Assembly: GCF_000253055.1 (NCBI RefSeq)
Contig: NC_016070.1
Span: 360,001-392,000, forward strand
Length of the DNA: 32,000 bases
Reading direction: 5' to 3'
Source of the DNA: Thermoproteus tenax Kra 1
GTDB lineage: Archaea > Thermoproteota > Thermoprotei > Thermoproteales > Thermoproteaceae
Shown here: positions 1 through 9,160 of the stretch, in pieces
How the letters are laid out: each line of letters begins with the position of its first letter
How positions within the stretch are numbered: the first letter of the stretch is position 1
Notes under the pieces: generated by a model
Databases searched by the model: none
What the model was told of the DNA's origin: nothing
Seen by the model: only the letters and a program-made list of their open reading frames with translations
Program-made: the position numbers and the translations under genes

Positions 1-1
1 C

Positions 2-196
2 TACGCGGACGTGAAGGACATAATGGATCTGACAAAGCCCACTCTGGAGAAGATAAGGCACTTCTTCGAGAGATACAAAGAGTTGGAGCCCGGCAAATGG
101 GTGAAGGCAAAGGGCTACCTAGGGGCGGAGGAGGCCAAGAAGTACATAATGGAGGCAGTAGAAAGGTTCAAGAGGTCTCAGGGCTCTACCCCGTGA
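2..196 (+). CDS. ppa: Inorganic pyrophosphatase, C-terminal fragment (gene begins upstream of window)
   Basis: Open frame runs in from the window edge: YADVKDIMDLTKPTLEKIRHFFERYKELEPGKWVKAKGYLGAEEAKKYIMEAVERF matches the family C-terminal pattern (KDI.D.....L..I.HFF..YK.LE.gK.....G..GAEEAK..I..A...). Confidence 0.85.
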   Translation, partial: YADVKDIMDLTKPTLEKIRHFFERYKELEPGKWVKAKGYLGAEEAKKYIMEAVERFKRSQGSTP

Positions 197-818
197 TCCG
201 GCCCCTCTCTATCCTTTTGATAGCTTGGGCGAATCTTACGTAGCTGGGGTTCGACTCGGCGATCAACGCCGCTGCGCCGGTAGTCGATATAAACTCTTTG
301 ACGACTCCGGCGAGGTCGTCCCTCATCTTGGGCGAGAGGCCCTCGAACACCTCGTCCAACAACACGGCGCTGGTCCCCACGACCATCGCGCGCGCCAGCG
401 CGACCATCTTCTGTTGGCCGCCCGACAACAGCCCGGCCCTCTTCTCCAAGAGCTCCCTCAACACCGGCATCAAGCTCAGGACCAGCTCCAGGCGGTCCTC
501 CCTCAGCTTGAGCGCCCTCAAGGGCAGGAGGATGTTCTCTCTCACCGTCAAATTGGGGAAAAGCCTCCTGTCCTCGGGCGAGAGGCCGAGCCCGAGCGCC
601 GCCCTCTCGTGCGGCTTGAGCCCGTCTATGGGCCTCCCGTCCAGCTCCACGCGGCCTTTATATTTTACCAAGCCCATGATGCTCCGCAGCGTCGTAGTTT
701 TGCCGGCGCCGTTGGGGCCGACGAGGGCTACGGCGGTTCCCCTCGGCACCTCGATGCTGACTCCTCTCAGTATCTCAGAGCCTCCCAGAACTACTCTGAG
801 GTCGTGCGCCTTGATCAT
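186..818 (-). CDS. livF: Branched-chain amino acid-type ABC transporter ATP-binding protein (LivF-like)
   Basis: Walker A GPNGAGKTT, signature LSGGQQKMVALARA, Walker B AVLLDEVFEGL; LivF-like SPEDRRLFPNLTVRENI; last gene of liv operon. Confidence 0.88.
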   Translation of the reverse strand: MIKAHDLRVVLGGSEILRGVSIEVPRGTAVALVGPNGAGKTTTLRSIMGLVKYKGRVELDGRPIDGLKPHERAALGLGLSPEDRRLFPNLTVRENILLPLRALKLREDRLELVLSLMPVLRELLEKRAGLLSGGQQKMVALARAMVVGTSAVLLDEVFEGLSPKMRDDLAGVVKEFISTTGAAALIAESNPSYVRFAQAIKRIERGRITG

Positions 819-1516
819 ACCTCCACTCTGTCTGCGTCCTCCGGCTTGGCTACGGCGACGACCCTACCTTGAGCCATAACCAAGACTCTCGACGCGTATT
901 TTTTCACTATATCTAAGTCGTGCTCCACGAAGACCGCCGAGGCGCCGAGGCTCTTCAACGAGCTGGCCAGAGAGTCCATAATGCGGTATTTGTCGTCGGC
1001 GGCCACGGAGCTCGTCGGCTCGTCCAAAAGCATCAGCTTGGGGCGGCTGACCGCCGCAAGCGCTACGTCCAGAAGCTTCTTCTCGCCCTCCGACAGCTTC
1101 TCGAGGGAATACATCCTCTTCTCCCATAGGCCGAACAGCTCCAGCGTCTCCCTCACCTCCCGCTCCTCCACCCGCCTCAGAGAGATCCCCTTGGCCGCGG
1201 CCACTGCTATTGCGACGTTCTCGTAGACGGTCAAGCCCCAGAACGCCGATGGAAGTTGGAAGGAGCGGGCTATGCCGAGCCTCACCCTCCTCTGTGGAGG
1301 AAGGTTGGTTATCTCTCTGCCGAGGAAGAGGATCTTCCCCGAGTCCAGCCTAATGAACCCGGTCAGAGCGTTTATCAACGTGGTCTTGCCGGAGCCGTTG
1401 GGACCGACTATGGCCAAATACTCCCCCCTACGCACCTCTAAGTCTACGCCGTCCAACGCCCTCACTCCGCCGAACGACTTCCTCAGCCCAACCGCCTTGA
1501 GAATAACCTCCTCCAT
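815..1516 (-). CDS. livG: Branched-chain amino acid-type ABC transporter ATP-binding protein (LivG-like)
   Basis: Walker A GPNGSGKTT, GIARSFQLPSAFWGLTVYENV, Walker B LMLLDEPTS; 4-bp overlap with next gene. Confidence 0.88.
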   Translation of the reverse strand: MEEVILKAVGLRKSFGGVRALDGVDLEVRRGEYLAIVGPNGSGKTTLINALTGFIRLDSGKILFLGREITNLPPQRRVRLGIARSFQLPSAFWGLTVYENVAIAVAAAKGISLRRVEEREVRETLELFGLWEKRMYSLEKLSEGEKKLLDVALAAVSRPKLMLLDEPTSSVAADDKYRIMDSLASSLKSLGASAVFVEHDLDIVKKYASRVLVMAQGRVVAVAKPEDADRVEV

Positions 1517-2391
1517 AGCGCCAACACGGCCAACAGAGTCGCCCCTATGACGAGCTCGGGCGATGCGAACTGGTACGAGTAGAGTCTGACTATCTGATAT
1601 ATCGCGGCCCCCGCCAAGAACCCGTACTTCCTGGACACAAGCGCGCCGATCAGAGAGGCGACCACGAGCTCCCCCGAAGTAGTCCAGTAGGCAAAGTCGG
1701 GGGTCACTATATTTGTGGCGTAGGCGACCAACGCGCCTCCCAACGCTGCGAACGTCGCAGCTACAGCGGTGCCCAGAGCGACGTTTAGTCTCGGGCTGGC
1801 GCCCAGAGCTACTGCTCTGAGCTCGTTGATCCTTATGCCCGCCGCTATTCTGCCCATCCTCGTCTCAGGGAAGGCGGAGGAGAAGTAGAGCGCCGCTAGA
1901 ACCAACGCGGCTGCGACTAGGTAGAGTTGCGGCGTGTGCAACGTTGTGCCGGCCAGCTGCGGCGGAGGGAGCACTATTCCGTTGCTCCCGCCAGTTATAT
2001 CGTAGAACTTGACCAAGGCGCCGTAGATCACCATGGACAACGAAAGGTTGGCCAGAGCGTAGTATATGCCCCTCAAATGGCCGAGGGCAAGGCCTATGGC
2101 GAGGCCCAAGAGCGCGCCGGACGCCAGAGCCAGAGGAACGCCGACTGCCACATCGGCGTTTCCGAGGAACCTATACGCAAGGCCCACTGCGTATGCGCCG
2201 ACTGCGTAGTACATGGCAACTCCGAAGTTCACTAGGCCGTACTCCAACAGTATAGATGACGCCAAGACCGTCAGACTCCACGCCATTACGTAGACCGCCT
2301 CGTACCTCAAGAACTGGCCAGAGCCGAAGTATATCGCCGCCAGGATGGCCGCTACAGCGACTAGGTGGAGCTGTCTAAATAGACCTCGCAT
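1483..2391 (-). CDS. livM: Branched-chain amino acid-type ABC transporter permease (LivM-like)
   Basis: Multispan hydrophobic protein with LSLSMVIYGALVKFYDITGGSNGI and GRIAAGIRINELRAVALG motif; operon context. Confidence 0.85.
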   Translation of the reverse strand: MRGLFRQLHLVAVAAILAAIYFGSGQFLRYEAVYVMAWSLTVLASSILLEYGLVNFGVAMYYAVGAYAVGLAYRFLGNADVAVGVPLALASGALLGLAIGLALGHLRGIYYALANLSLSMVIYGALVKFYDITGGSNGIVLPPPQLAGTTLHTPQLYLVAAALVLAALYFSSAFPETRMGRIAAGIRINELRAVALGASPRLNVALGTAVAATFAALGGALVAYATNIVTPDFAYWTTSGELVVASLIGALVSRKYGFLAGAAIYQIVRLYSYQFASPELVIGATLLAVLALWRRLFSRRLG

Positions 2392-3217
2392 GTCTGACGA
2401 AGAGCCCCTTGGGTCTAAGGATGAGCACGGCCAGCACTATCAGATAGAGGATCACTAGCTCCAGCCTGGGGTAGAAGAAGACGACGGCAGTTCTGACCAA
2501 CGACACGAGGGCAGACGCCGCGACGATGCCCCAGACGCTGTCCAGACCGCCTATGACGATCACCGCGAACGCGTAGGGGAGAACCTCGGCGGATATGCCC
2601 AGGCTGAAGGACTGCCACATGGAGGCCAGAGCGCCGCCCGCCGTCGCCAACACTATCCCTATCATGACTAGGACTGCCTCCACCACTCTCACGTTGACGC
2701 CGAGCGACTCGGCCATCTCTTTGTCGTCCAACATGGCGCGGGAGTAGACGCCCAACGTTGTCCTATACAACATAAACGCAAAAAGCGCTAGGGCGAGGAG
2801 GACGGCGGCCGCGGTTATTAAGTAGGCCGCCGGCACAGGCCCGGCCGAGCCCAGAGCGGCGGCGTAACTCGCCGTTGTGTACAAACCTGAGCCGAAGAGA
2901 TATTTGTAAATGCCCTCCATTATGAGGAGGAGAGCGTATGTCGCCACTATCTGCTCCAGTTCTCCCGAGGCCAGGCTCTTCACGTAGAGATAGAACAGGA
3001 GGGAGGCGGGCACGGCGACGGCTACGGCCAGAGCCACGGCGCCGAGGCCCCACATGCCGGCGAAATATGACGCAAGGAAGCCGCCCAGAGCAAAAAAGGA
3101 GCCGTGGGCCAAGTTCAACACGCGGGTTGAGCCGTATACTATGACTAGGCCGAGAGAGAGCGTGGTTAAATTTATCCAGAAAATAAGGACGGGGACTAGG
3201 AAATCCGCTATGTTCAT
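2375..3217 (-). CDS. livH: Branched-chain amino acid-type ABC transporter permease (LivH-like)
   Basis: Within ORF 2375..3439; true start placed at MNIADFLVPVLIFWINL (ATG ending at 3217), giving a 4-bp ATGA overlap with the upstream gene; contains VYGSTRVLNLAHGSFFALGGFLA. Confidence 0.87.
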   Translation of the reverse strand: MNIADFLVPVLIFWINLTTLSLGLVIVYGSTRVLNLAHGSFFALGGFLASYFAGMWGLGAVALAVAVAVPASLLFYLYVKSLASGELEQIVATYALLLIMEGIYKYLFGSGLYTTASYAAALGSAGPVPAAYLITAAAVLLALALFAFMLYRTTLGVYSRAMLDDKEMAESLGVNVRVVEAVLVMIGIVLATAGGALASMWQSFSLGISAEVLPYAFAVIVIGGLDSVWGIVAASALVSLVRTAVVFFYPRLELVILYLIVLAVLILRPKGLFVRHARSI

Positions 3218-4533
3218 GCAGTCTTGATGTACTGATACCACTGGGAGCTTGTGTAGCCGTAGGGCGGATTCACCTCCGAGGGGTCGTAGTACTTTATGTT
3301 GACCAACTCCCCGCCGCTCGACATGCCCACTACGGAGCCGCACATGGCGTTGTGGTTCGGAGTCATGACCACGTAGCCGCCGGGAGTGGCGAAGGCCAGC
3401 CTCTCTAGAGCTTTGACTACGGCGTTGAGGTCGGGCCACTCTACGTTCTCCACAGCCGCCGCGGCCTCGTAGGCGGCCTTGAGGGCCAATACCGCGTTGG
3501 CCATGTGGTAGGCGGGATAGCTCGGCACGTCTCCGTAGAGGGACTTATACTTAGTTATGAAGTCGTTGTTCATGGGGTAGTACCTCGGGCTGGGGAACGC
3601 GTGATAGTTGGGACCCTGCACTATCTGGCCGTCGGGCATTCCGTACTGAAGCCCGAACTCGCCTCTGGCGAACGCCACTTTGACAGATTTAAATAGGCCC
3701 ATGGAGGTGCCCTGCTTTATCAGATTCACTAGGTCGGGCCCCCAGAACGACGTGTGCAACAAGTCGGGCTTGAGGCTCAAGATCTTTGATATCTGCGCCG
3801 AATAGTCGCTGGTGAACAGCGGCGTAAATAGTTCGTCCAATATCTGTACGTCCGGCTTAAGAGCCAACAACGTGGTCTTGAAGTCGTTCCACTCATCGTG
3901 GCCGTATGCGTAGTCCTGATTGAGGCCTACTACGGTCTTTATATTGGGCATGTTCTCCACTACGTACCTCGCCAGCGAGGCGCCGTCGGTCACAGTAGTC
4001 CCCGCAGGTCTGAAGACCACCTTCTTCATCATGTTGTTGTCCACCAACTGCTTGGTGGCACAGTCAAAGAACAGAGTTAGGACTTGGCCTATCTCCTCCG
4101 CCACTGGCGCTACGGCGAGACAGTCGGCGCTGGATATCAAGCCTATATATGCGTCGACGCCCTCTTGTTCCACGAGCTGTCTGTACAGGGTTACCATCTT
4201 GTCCGGGCCTCCGCTCTCGTCTCTGACGTCCAGTTGGATCTGGGCGCCGAGTATTCCGCCCGAGGCGTTTATTTGGTCCACCAACATCTTGGCGGCATTT
4301 ATGGCGGGTATTCCGAAGACTGAGGCGGGCCCCGTCTGGAAGCTCACCACAGCGAGCTTGAAGGTCGTCTTCTTGGCCACAGCTGTGGTCGTAGTACCTG
4401 TCGTCCCGGCCGTAGTAGAGGCAGTTGCAGGCTGTTGTTGCCCCTTGGGCATCAACGATCCGGCCAAAAACCCCACCCCCAGGCCCATTACGAGCGACGC
4501 CCCTATCTTTAACGCATCTCTTCTGGAGACCAT
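3214..4533 (-). CDS. Extracellular substrate-binding protein of LIV-type ABC transporter, Tat-like signal and Thr-rich linker
   Basis: N-terminus MVSRRDALKIGASLVMGLGVGFLAG (twin Arg), linker ATASTTAGTTGTTTTA, then periplasmic-binding fold sequence ASVFGIPAINAAKMLVDQINASGGILGAQIQLDVRDESG. Confidence 0.88.
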   Translation of the reverse strand: MVSRRDALKIGASLVMGLGVGFLAGSLMPKGQQQPATASTTAGTTGTTTTAVAKKTTFKLAVVSFQTGPASVFGIPAINAAKMLVDQINASGGILGAQIQLDVRDESGGPDKMVTLYRQLVEQEGVDAYIGLISSADCLAVAPVAEEIGQVLTLFFDCATKQLVDNNMMKKVVFRPAGTTVTDGASLARYVVENMPNIKTVVGLNQDYAYGHDEWNDFKTTLLALKPDVQILDELFTPLFTSDYSAQISKILSLKPDLLHTSFWGPDLVNLIKQGTSMGLFKSVKVAFARGEFGLQYGMPDGQIVQGPNYHAFPSPRYYPMNNDFITKYKSLYGDVPSYPAYHMANAVLALKAAYEAAAAVENVEWPDLNAVVKALERLAFATPGGYVVMTPNHNAMCGSVVGMSSGGELVNIKYYDPSEVNPPYGYTSSQWYQYIKTA

Positions 4534-4608
4534 AATAGCCGAATTGAGAACTTATTTAAAATTAATTTTAAATTATAAAAAAGAAAATTTATAATTATTT
4601 TTAAAGTT

Positions 4609-4938
4609 TCAGAAGACTAGCGGGATGTAGCCCGCGTTGACGTATAGGGCGATCCTCTCGCCGGCTGGCAACAATTTGACAAGCTTGGACAGCTCTCCGT
4701 CGATCCCCTTGGCCTTCGCATAGTTCACACACGCCGAGTCGATCGCCCCGGTCGCGTTAAGTTTGTCGAAGAACTCTTTGACTTGTCCTTGAAGCTTCAA
4801 CAGCCTCTCCTGGCTAGGCCCGAAGAACACGATCTTCAAGTCCTCGTACCTCCGCGCCTCCACAGACCTCGAGGCTAGGGTCAACGCTAGGTCGGCCCTC
4901 TCGTCTCCGCTCATTATCACGAACAGGACCTTCGCCAT
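4609..4938 (-). CDS. Putative DsrE-like small protein
   Basis: 109 aa; MAKVLFVIMSGDERADLALTLASRS... N-terminal strand/helix pattern resembles DsrE-like proteins, with FFGPSQERL segment; family call tentative. Confidence 0.5.
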   Translation of the reverse strand: MAKVLFVIMSGDERADLALTLASRSVEARRYEDLKIVFFGPSQERLLKLQGQVKEFFDKLNATGAIDSACVNYAKAKGIDGELSKLVKLLPAGERIALYVNAGYIPLVF

Positions 4939-4969
4939 GTGGCCTACGACTTGCCCTTTTTAACTCTTT

Positions 4970-5182
4970 TCAGCCGAGACCTCGCCTGAGCCTGCCGCCG
5001 CCTGCGGCGTCTTGGTTCTTAGTCCACTTAGACAAAAACTGTCTATAACACTCCTTGGAGCAGAACACCCAAGGTTTGTTGACGCAACAGGTCTTGACAA
5101 CAATGCCGGGGCCGTTGATGAGCTTACCGCAGTTGGAGCACCTCGATACAGCGGGCCTCTGCACCTTCAGCTCGAAGGGCAT
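4970..5182 (-). CDS. Small zinc-binding protein (TRASH/treble-clef-like)
   Basis: 70 aa with CSNCGKLI...KTCCVNKPWVFCSKECYRQF: paired Cys motifs typical of TRASH/MYM-like zinc modules. Confidence 0.6.
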   Translation of the reverse strand: MPFELKVQRPAVSRCSNCGKLINGPGIVVKTCCVNKPWVFCSKECYRQFLSKWTKNQDAAGGGRLRRGLG

Positions 5183-5229
5183 AGAAAGACCCCGTCCTTC
5201 ATATAAAAGTATTATTGATAAGCGATAAA

Positions 5230-6072
5230 TTATTTATTGACGGCGTTCGCCAGATAGACGCCGGCTATCGCCAAGGCCATCCCCGCCATCTGGAGATTCG
5301 TCAGAGCCTCGCCCAGCGCTATCCAGGATAGAGCGCTAGTTATTGCAGGCAAGAGGGGCAACATATAGGCGGCGGAGGGCCCCATTGATTCGACCGCCGA
5401 GTTCCACGAGGCGTAGGCCAGAGCCCCCGGCACAACCGCTATATAGACCACTAGCGGCGCGAGGCTGAGGGGTATGGCTAGGTCGTCTATAGGCAGCGTC
5501 AAGGCCATTGCGGCTGTGCCCAGGAGGGAGGACCAGGCCATGGCCTCCACAGGTCTGTATCTCTTGTACAGCCCCCCGACCCGGAGCGTGTAGAGCGACC
5601 ACGAGACGGCGGAGCCGAGGGCCAGGAGCGCCCCCGGCGCCTCGCCAGACCCCCTCGGCGCCAGGATCAGATAGGCGCCCAAGACCGACAGTGCGACTCC
5701 CAGAGACCTCACGGGCTTTGCCCTCTCGGCCCCCAAGGCGACTCCAAGAATATAGGTGATCGGGCTCGAGAAGATCACAAAGAGCGAGGCGGTCGCGGCA
5801 TCTATGAAGTGTAGCGAGGAGTACAAAAGGGCGTTGAAGAGCGCCACCCCCAATAAGCCGGAGATCGCTAAATCTTTCAACTGCCCCTTGTACTTGGGGA
5901 GACCGGCCATCAAGAAGAGGATAGGCGTCGCTATAGCGAAGCGGATAAACGTGAGCCCGAGGGGGTCTACGCCGGCCGTCCCCAGGGCTCTGCCGACGAG
6001 GTAGTTTGTGCTCCACGCAACGACGGAGAAAAGGCTGTAGCCGACCCCCTTGAGGTCAGTGCGGCGTGCCAC
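5230..6072 (-). CDS. EamA/DMT-superfamily transporter
   Basis: 280 aa, multispan; FIRFAIATPILFL, GALLALGSAVSWSLYTL, VVPGALAYASWNSAVESMG, LPLLPAITSALSWIALGEAL match the two EamA repeats. Confidence 0.85.
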   Translation of the reverse strand: MARRTDLKGVGYSLFSVVAWSTNYLVGRALGTAGVDPLGLTFIRFAIATPILFLMAGLPKYKGQLKDLAISGLLGVALFNALLYSSLHFIDAATASLFVIFSSPITYILGVALGAERAKPVRSLGVALSVLGAYLILAPRGSGEAPGALLALGSAVSWSLYTLRVGGLYKRYRPVEAMAWSSLLGTAAMALTLPIDDLAIPLSLAPLVVYIAVVPGALAYASWNSAVESMGPSAAYMLPLLPAITSALSWIALGEALTNLQMAGMALAIAGVYLANAVNK

Positions 6073-6097
6073 TGGTCGTTTCAGATATGAATTAAAA

Positions 6098-6553
6098 TTA
6101 GATGTACATCACTATCCCTCCGTAGACCTCCTCTAGGAACGAGGCTGCCCCAACTATGTCATCTACTATGTCCACTAGGTCCTCCTTTCTTACCTTGTAC
6201 AGCTCGGCTGCGAGCGGACACGCGTATATTTTGAATCTGTCCGGATATTCTGTTTTCAACTCTTTCAGGAACGTGTACCAGTCCTTGATCTTTCCTTTGT
6301 TGATGGCCTCTTTCAAGCTGTTCAAGTATACCTCAACGTGGGGCAGGTAGAGCTGAGGGCTCATAGTGACGTCGAGAGTTGTGGAGTTGAGCTTGGGCAA
6401 TACGTCCTTCCTAAACGCCACCAGCCCCTCGTTCACCAAGTGGACTCTTACGTCCCACCCCGAGGCGAGGGCGGCGGCTCCGTAGACGGCCAGACAACAG
6501 ATTCTATTCGCAACGCCGCTCGCGAAGACTATCCCCAACTTTCTTCTCTCCAT
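6098..6553 (-). CDS. DsrE/DsrF-family protein (DsrE2-like)
   Basis: LGIVFASGVANRICCLAVYGAAALASGWDVRVHLVNEGLVAFRKD ... FKIYACPLAAELY with the conserved Cys; paralogous to 15150..15584. Confidence 0.7.
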   Translation of the reverse strand: MERRKLGIVFASGVANRICCLAVYGAAALASGWDVRVHLVNEGLVAFRKDVLPKLNSTTLDVTMSPQLYLPHVEVYLNSLKEAINKGKIKDWYTFLKELKTEYPDRFKIYACPLAAELYKVRKEDLVDIVDDIVGAASFLEEVYGGIVMYI

Positions 6554-6598
6554 GGCCTATTCTCGTGATTGAGCTTTATAGAGTCGTTTAAGTGCATT

Positions 6599-7339
6599 TT
6601 ATGCACGAGCGGCCCCGCGCCTCAATAGGAGGGAGACCACGTATTGGGCAAGTGGGCCGATCCTGCCCCTGGGCGCCGTCAAATGGGGCACTCCTAGCTC
6701 CCTCAGCGCCCTAGATACGGCGGGGCCGGCCGCCACAACTATCTTCCCCTTGAGGAGCTCAACGGCATCTTCGCCGCCCACCTCGGCGAAAAATCTCACT
6801 GCCAACGCGCTGGCGAAGACCACTGCGTCAGCTCCCAGCGCCCGATCCACGGTCTCCCTCGGCGGAGGCCTCGCCGTGTACGGCTGGAACTCGAACGCCT
6901 CGCATTTAACCTTCGAGAGCAGATCGGGGTCCCTCCAGCCGTAGTGGAATACTGCAGCGCGCCGGCAGGCCAGAGGCTGTAGCTCCTCCGCCGAGCTGGC
7001 CACAACTTTGGGGGCTGTCCCAAAGGCGTTCTTTATCATTATAGCGCCCTTCTCGCCCTCTATTGTGGCCACCGTGAGATTGGCCAGAAGCCGCGAGGCC
7101 TCCCCCAGAAGACCCGCCTCCTTCAACACCTGAGCGATTCTATACGCGGCGGAGCCTGTGGCGAAGAGGGCCAGGTCGGACTCGCGCAGAGCGGAGATCA
7201 CGGCGTAGGGGTCGATGGGCGCAGGCTCTATCGTCACCATTGGCGCCTCGATGACCTCAACGCCGTATCTTGCCGCAAGCGCGCGAAATGCCTCGACAGC
7301 CCTCGGCGCTGTCACAGCTACTGATACCACGTATTTCAT
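6599..7339 (-). CDS. hemD: Uroporphyrinogen-III synthase
   Basis: 246 aa: VTAPRAVEAFRALAARYGVEVIEAPMVTIEP; DAVVFASALAVRFFAEV; VVAAGPAVSRALRELGV follow the HemD pattern. Confidence 0.75.
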   Translation of the reverse strand: MKYVVSVAVTAPRAVEAFRALAARYGVEVIEAPMVTIEPAPIDPYAVISALRESDLALFATGSAAYRIAQVLKEAGLLGEASRLLANLTVATIEGEKGAIMIKNAFGTAPKVVASSAEELQPLACRRAAVFHYGWRDPDLLSKVKCEAFEFQPYTARPPPRETVDRALGADAVVFASALAVRFFAEVGGEDAVELLKGKIVVAAGPAVSRALRELGVPHLTAPRGRIGPLAQYVVSLLLRRGAARA

Positions 7340-7399
7340 GAATAGAGTATTAATATAGTGGCCGCCGCTCTTGAGGGCTCAAGCCTCTATAAATAAATA

Positions 7400-7440
7400 A
7401 TTTTATTGGATTATATTTATAAAAATAGATTTAGTTATCT
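7400..7440 (+). promoter_or_regulatory. AT-rich probable archaeal promoter upstream of the peroxiredoxin gene
   Basis: aataattttattggattatatttataaaaatag, TATA-like, in the only sizeable upstream spacer. Confidence 0.4.
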
Positions 7441-7496
7441 ACATTCTATCGCGGAAGCCGTAGGTGACGGATAAATAGGGAAGACGGGACGTTGTC

Positions 7497-7982
7497 ATGC
7501 CGCTAAAAGTAGGAGACAAGGCCCCGGACTTCGAACTATTGAACGAGGAGCTCAAGCCAGTGAGGCTCTCCAACGTGCTAAAGGAGGGGAGACCGGTGAT
7601 ACTGCTGTTCTTCCCCGGCGCGTTCACATCGGTCTGCACAAAGGAGCTCTGCACATTCAGAGACAAGATGGCTCTCTTGAACAAGGCCAATGCGGCCGTG
7701 ATCGGCGTCTCGGTCGACAGCCCCTTCGCGCTGAAGGCGTTCAAGGACGCCAACAGGCTGAACTTCCCGCTGCTCTCAGACTTCAATAGGACGGTCATAG
7801 GCATGTACGACGTAGTGCAAGCCAATCTCCTCGGGTTGCCCCTCTACCACTTGGCTAAACGCGCAGTCTATATCATAGACTCCACGGGCACTATCAGATA
7901 CGTCTGGTACAGCGACAATCCCCTCGACGAGCCGCCCTACGACGAGGTCATAAAGGAGGCTGAGAAGATAGCCCAGAAATAA
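7497..7982 (+). CDS. Peroxiredoxin (AhpC/TSA family)
   Basis: PGAFTSVCTKELCTFRDKMALLNKANAAVIGVSVDSPFALKAF: peroxidatic Cys context FxPGAFTxxCTKE. Confidence 0.92.
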   Translation: MPLKVGDKAPDFELLNEELKPVRLSNVLKEGRPVILLFFPGAFTSVCTKELCTFRDKMALLNKANAAVIGVSVDSPFALKAFKDANRLNFPLLSDFNRTVIGMYDVVQANLLGLPLYHLAKRAVYIIDSTGTIRYVWYSDNPLDEPPYDEVIKEAEKIAQK

Positions 7983-8019
7983 CGGTTTTTATCGGGCCTA
8001 CCCCTTAGTCGTCGCCAGT

Positions 8020-8223
8020 CTACAAGACGAGCGGAACCTTTGCCCTCCTCATGAGCTCTCTAAAGTCGTCGAGGTCTAGCCCGCTTATCTGCTGCGCCCT
8101 CCTCAAGTCGCCTGTCTCGATGTAGTACATAAGGGCAGCCCTAAGCCTTGGGGATAGGCTCTCTATGAACTGCCAGTCTGCGTACCTCCTCCTGAGCTCT
8201 CTAGCCTCCTCCTCAGACTCCAT
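8020..8223 (-). CDS. Small protein, paralogue of 8717..8950; candidate antitoxin-like partner of the PIN protein
   Basis: RELRRRYADWQFIESLSPRLRAALMYYIETGDLRRAQQISGLDLDDFRELMRRAKVPLVL; aligns along its length with 8717..8950. Confidence 0.6.
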   Translation of the reverse strand: MESEEEARELRRRYADWQFIESLSPRLRAALMYYIETGDLRRAQQISGLDLDDFRELMRRAKVPLVL

Positions 8224-8717
8224 ACATATTCCCAGTCTCTCCTCCTAAATAAGTGTAGCGTCTCCCGCTCGTATCGCCTCAGCTCCTCCTCTATGTCTTG
8301 CACTAGACCTCTTCTCCAGCCCTCGACTAAGACCTCGAAGGCCCGCCAGACTGTTACGTTGAGGTTTAATGTCTGTGGCGCGAAGTAGGCGCCGCCGTTC
8401 TCTGTAAGCACTATGTAGCCGTAGATCAGTCCAGCGGCTAGACACACCGCCTCTGGGTAATCCACCGCCTTAAGCGGCCTTCTTCTGCTGGCGGCCATGA
8501 GCTCCCTCGCCCTAGCCTCCACCTCAGAGGTCTCAGTGAAGAGGGCGAGGGCGCCCTCGGCGAGTTTCTCCGCAACCCAGTCCACGGCCGGCGGATATTT
8601 TATCTCCCTAAGCACCGACTCCGGTATATGGACGACGTCGAAGAGGCGGAACAACAGATCTCGGCCTCCGTATCTGCCCCAATCTATTAGGAAGGAAGCA
8701 TCCGCTATCGCCTCCAT
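8163..8717 (-). CDS. PIN-domain-like protein (putative ribonuclease toxin)
   Basis: MEAIADASFLIDWGRYGGRDLLFRLFDVVHIPESVLREI; later KAVDYPEAVCLAAGLIYGYIVLTENGGA: acidic residues placed as in PIN domains, next to a small partner gene. Confidence 0.7.
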   Translation of the reverse strand: MEAIADASFLIDWGRYGGRDLLFRLFDVVHIPESVLREIKYPPAVDWVAEKLAEGALALFTETSEVEARARELMAASRRRPLKAVDYPEAVCLAAGLIYGYIVLTENGGAYFAPQTLNLNVTVWRAFEVLVEGWRRGLVQDIEEELRRYERETLHLFRRRDWEYVWSLRRRLESSGGGTQTGSS

Positions 8718-8950
8718 TAGGTGACGCTCGGTATCCTAGCCTTGATCCTCAGCTCGTTGAACTCGTCCACCGTCATGCCCGCGATCCGTGAGGCGACGTA
8801 TATATCTCCGGTCTCCACGTAGTATTTAAGAGCCGCCCTCAGCTTAGGCGGCTGGCCCTCTATGAACTGCCAGTCTGCGTACCTCCTCCTGAGCTCTCTA
8901 GCCTCCTCTAGGGCCTTCACGACGTCCTCCACGTGTTTTCCGCGGCGCAC
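8717..8950 (-). CDS. Small protein, likely antitoxin-like partner of the adjacent PIN protein
   Basis: 77 aa immediately upstream of and abutting the PIN gene; EEARELRRRYADWQFIEGQPPKLRAALKYYVETGDIYVASRIAGMTVDEFNELRIKARIPSV. Confidence 0.6.
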   Translation of the reverse strand: MRRGKHVEDVVKALEEARELRRRYADWQFIEGQPPKLRAALKYYVETGDIYVASRIAGMTVDEFNELRIKARIPSVT

Positions 8951-9160
8951 TTTTTAATTCTTTTGTCCGGAGGGCGAGGCAGTGGCCGCTCTGAGCGCCC
9001 TATAGACGCCATGGCCCACCGTCCGTTGTAGCCCGTCGCCGTTGTAGAGCTCCGCGGGGACAGCCTACTGAGAAAGATAGGGCTGTTGGCCCACTCGTTT
9101 CTCGACTTAATCCGCGTCCGCCTCAATTGCCACCACCCAGCGCCTATTAGGGACACACGG

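Noticed and set aside
225-879. Long plus-strand ORFs 225..872 and 298..879
   Set aside because: Antisense shadows of the livF ATPase gene with clear Walker motifs.
3218-3439. N-terminal extension of the LivH ORF
   Set aside because: Overlaps the substrate-binding protein gene in another frame; MNIADF start at 3217 fits the ATGA coupling.
8917-9156. Plus-strand 79-aa ORF in the gap between the PIN module and ATPase
   Set aside because: No recognisable motif; gap may be degraded sequence but I cannot support a specific gene.
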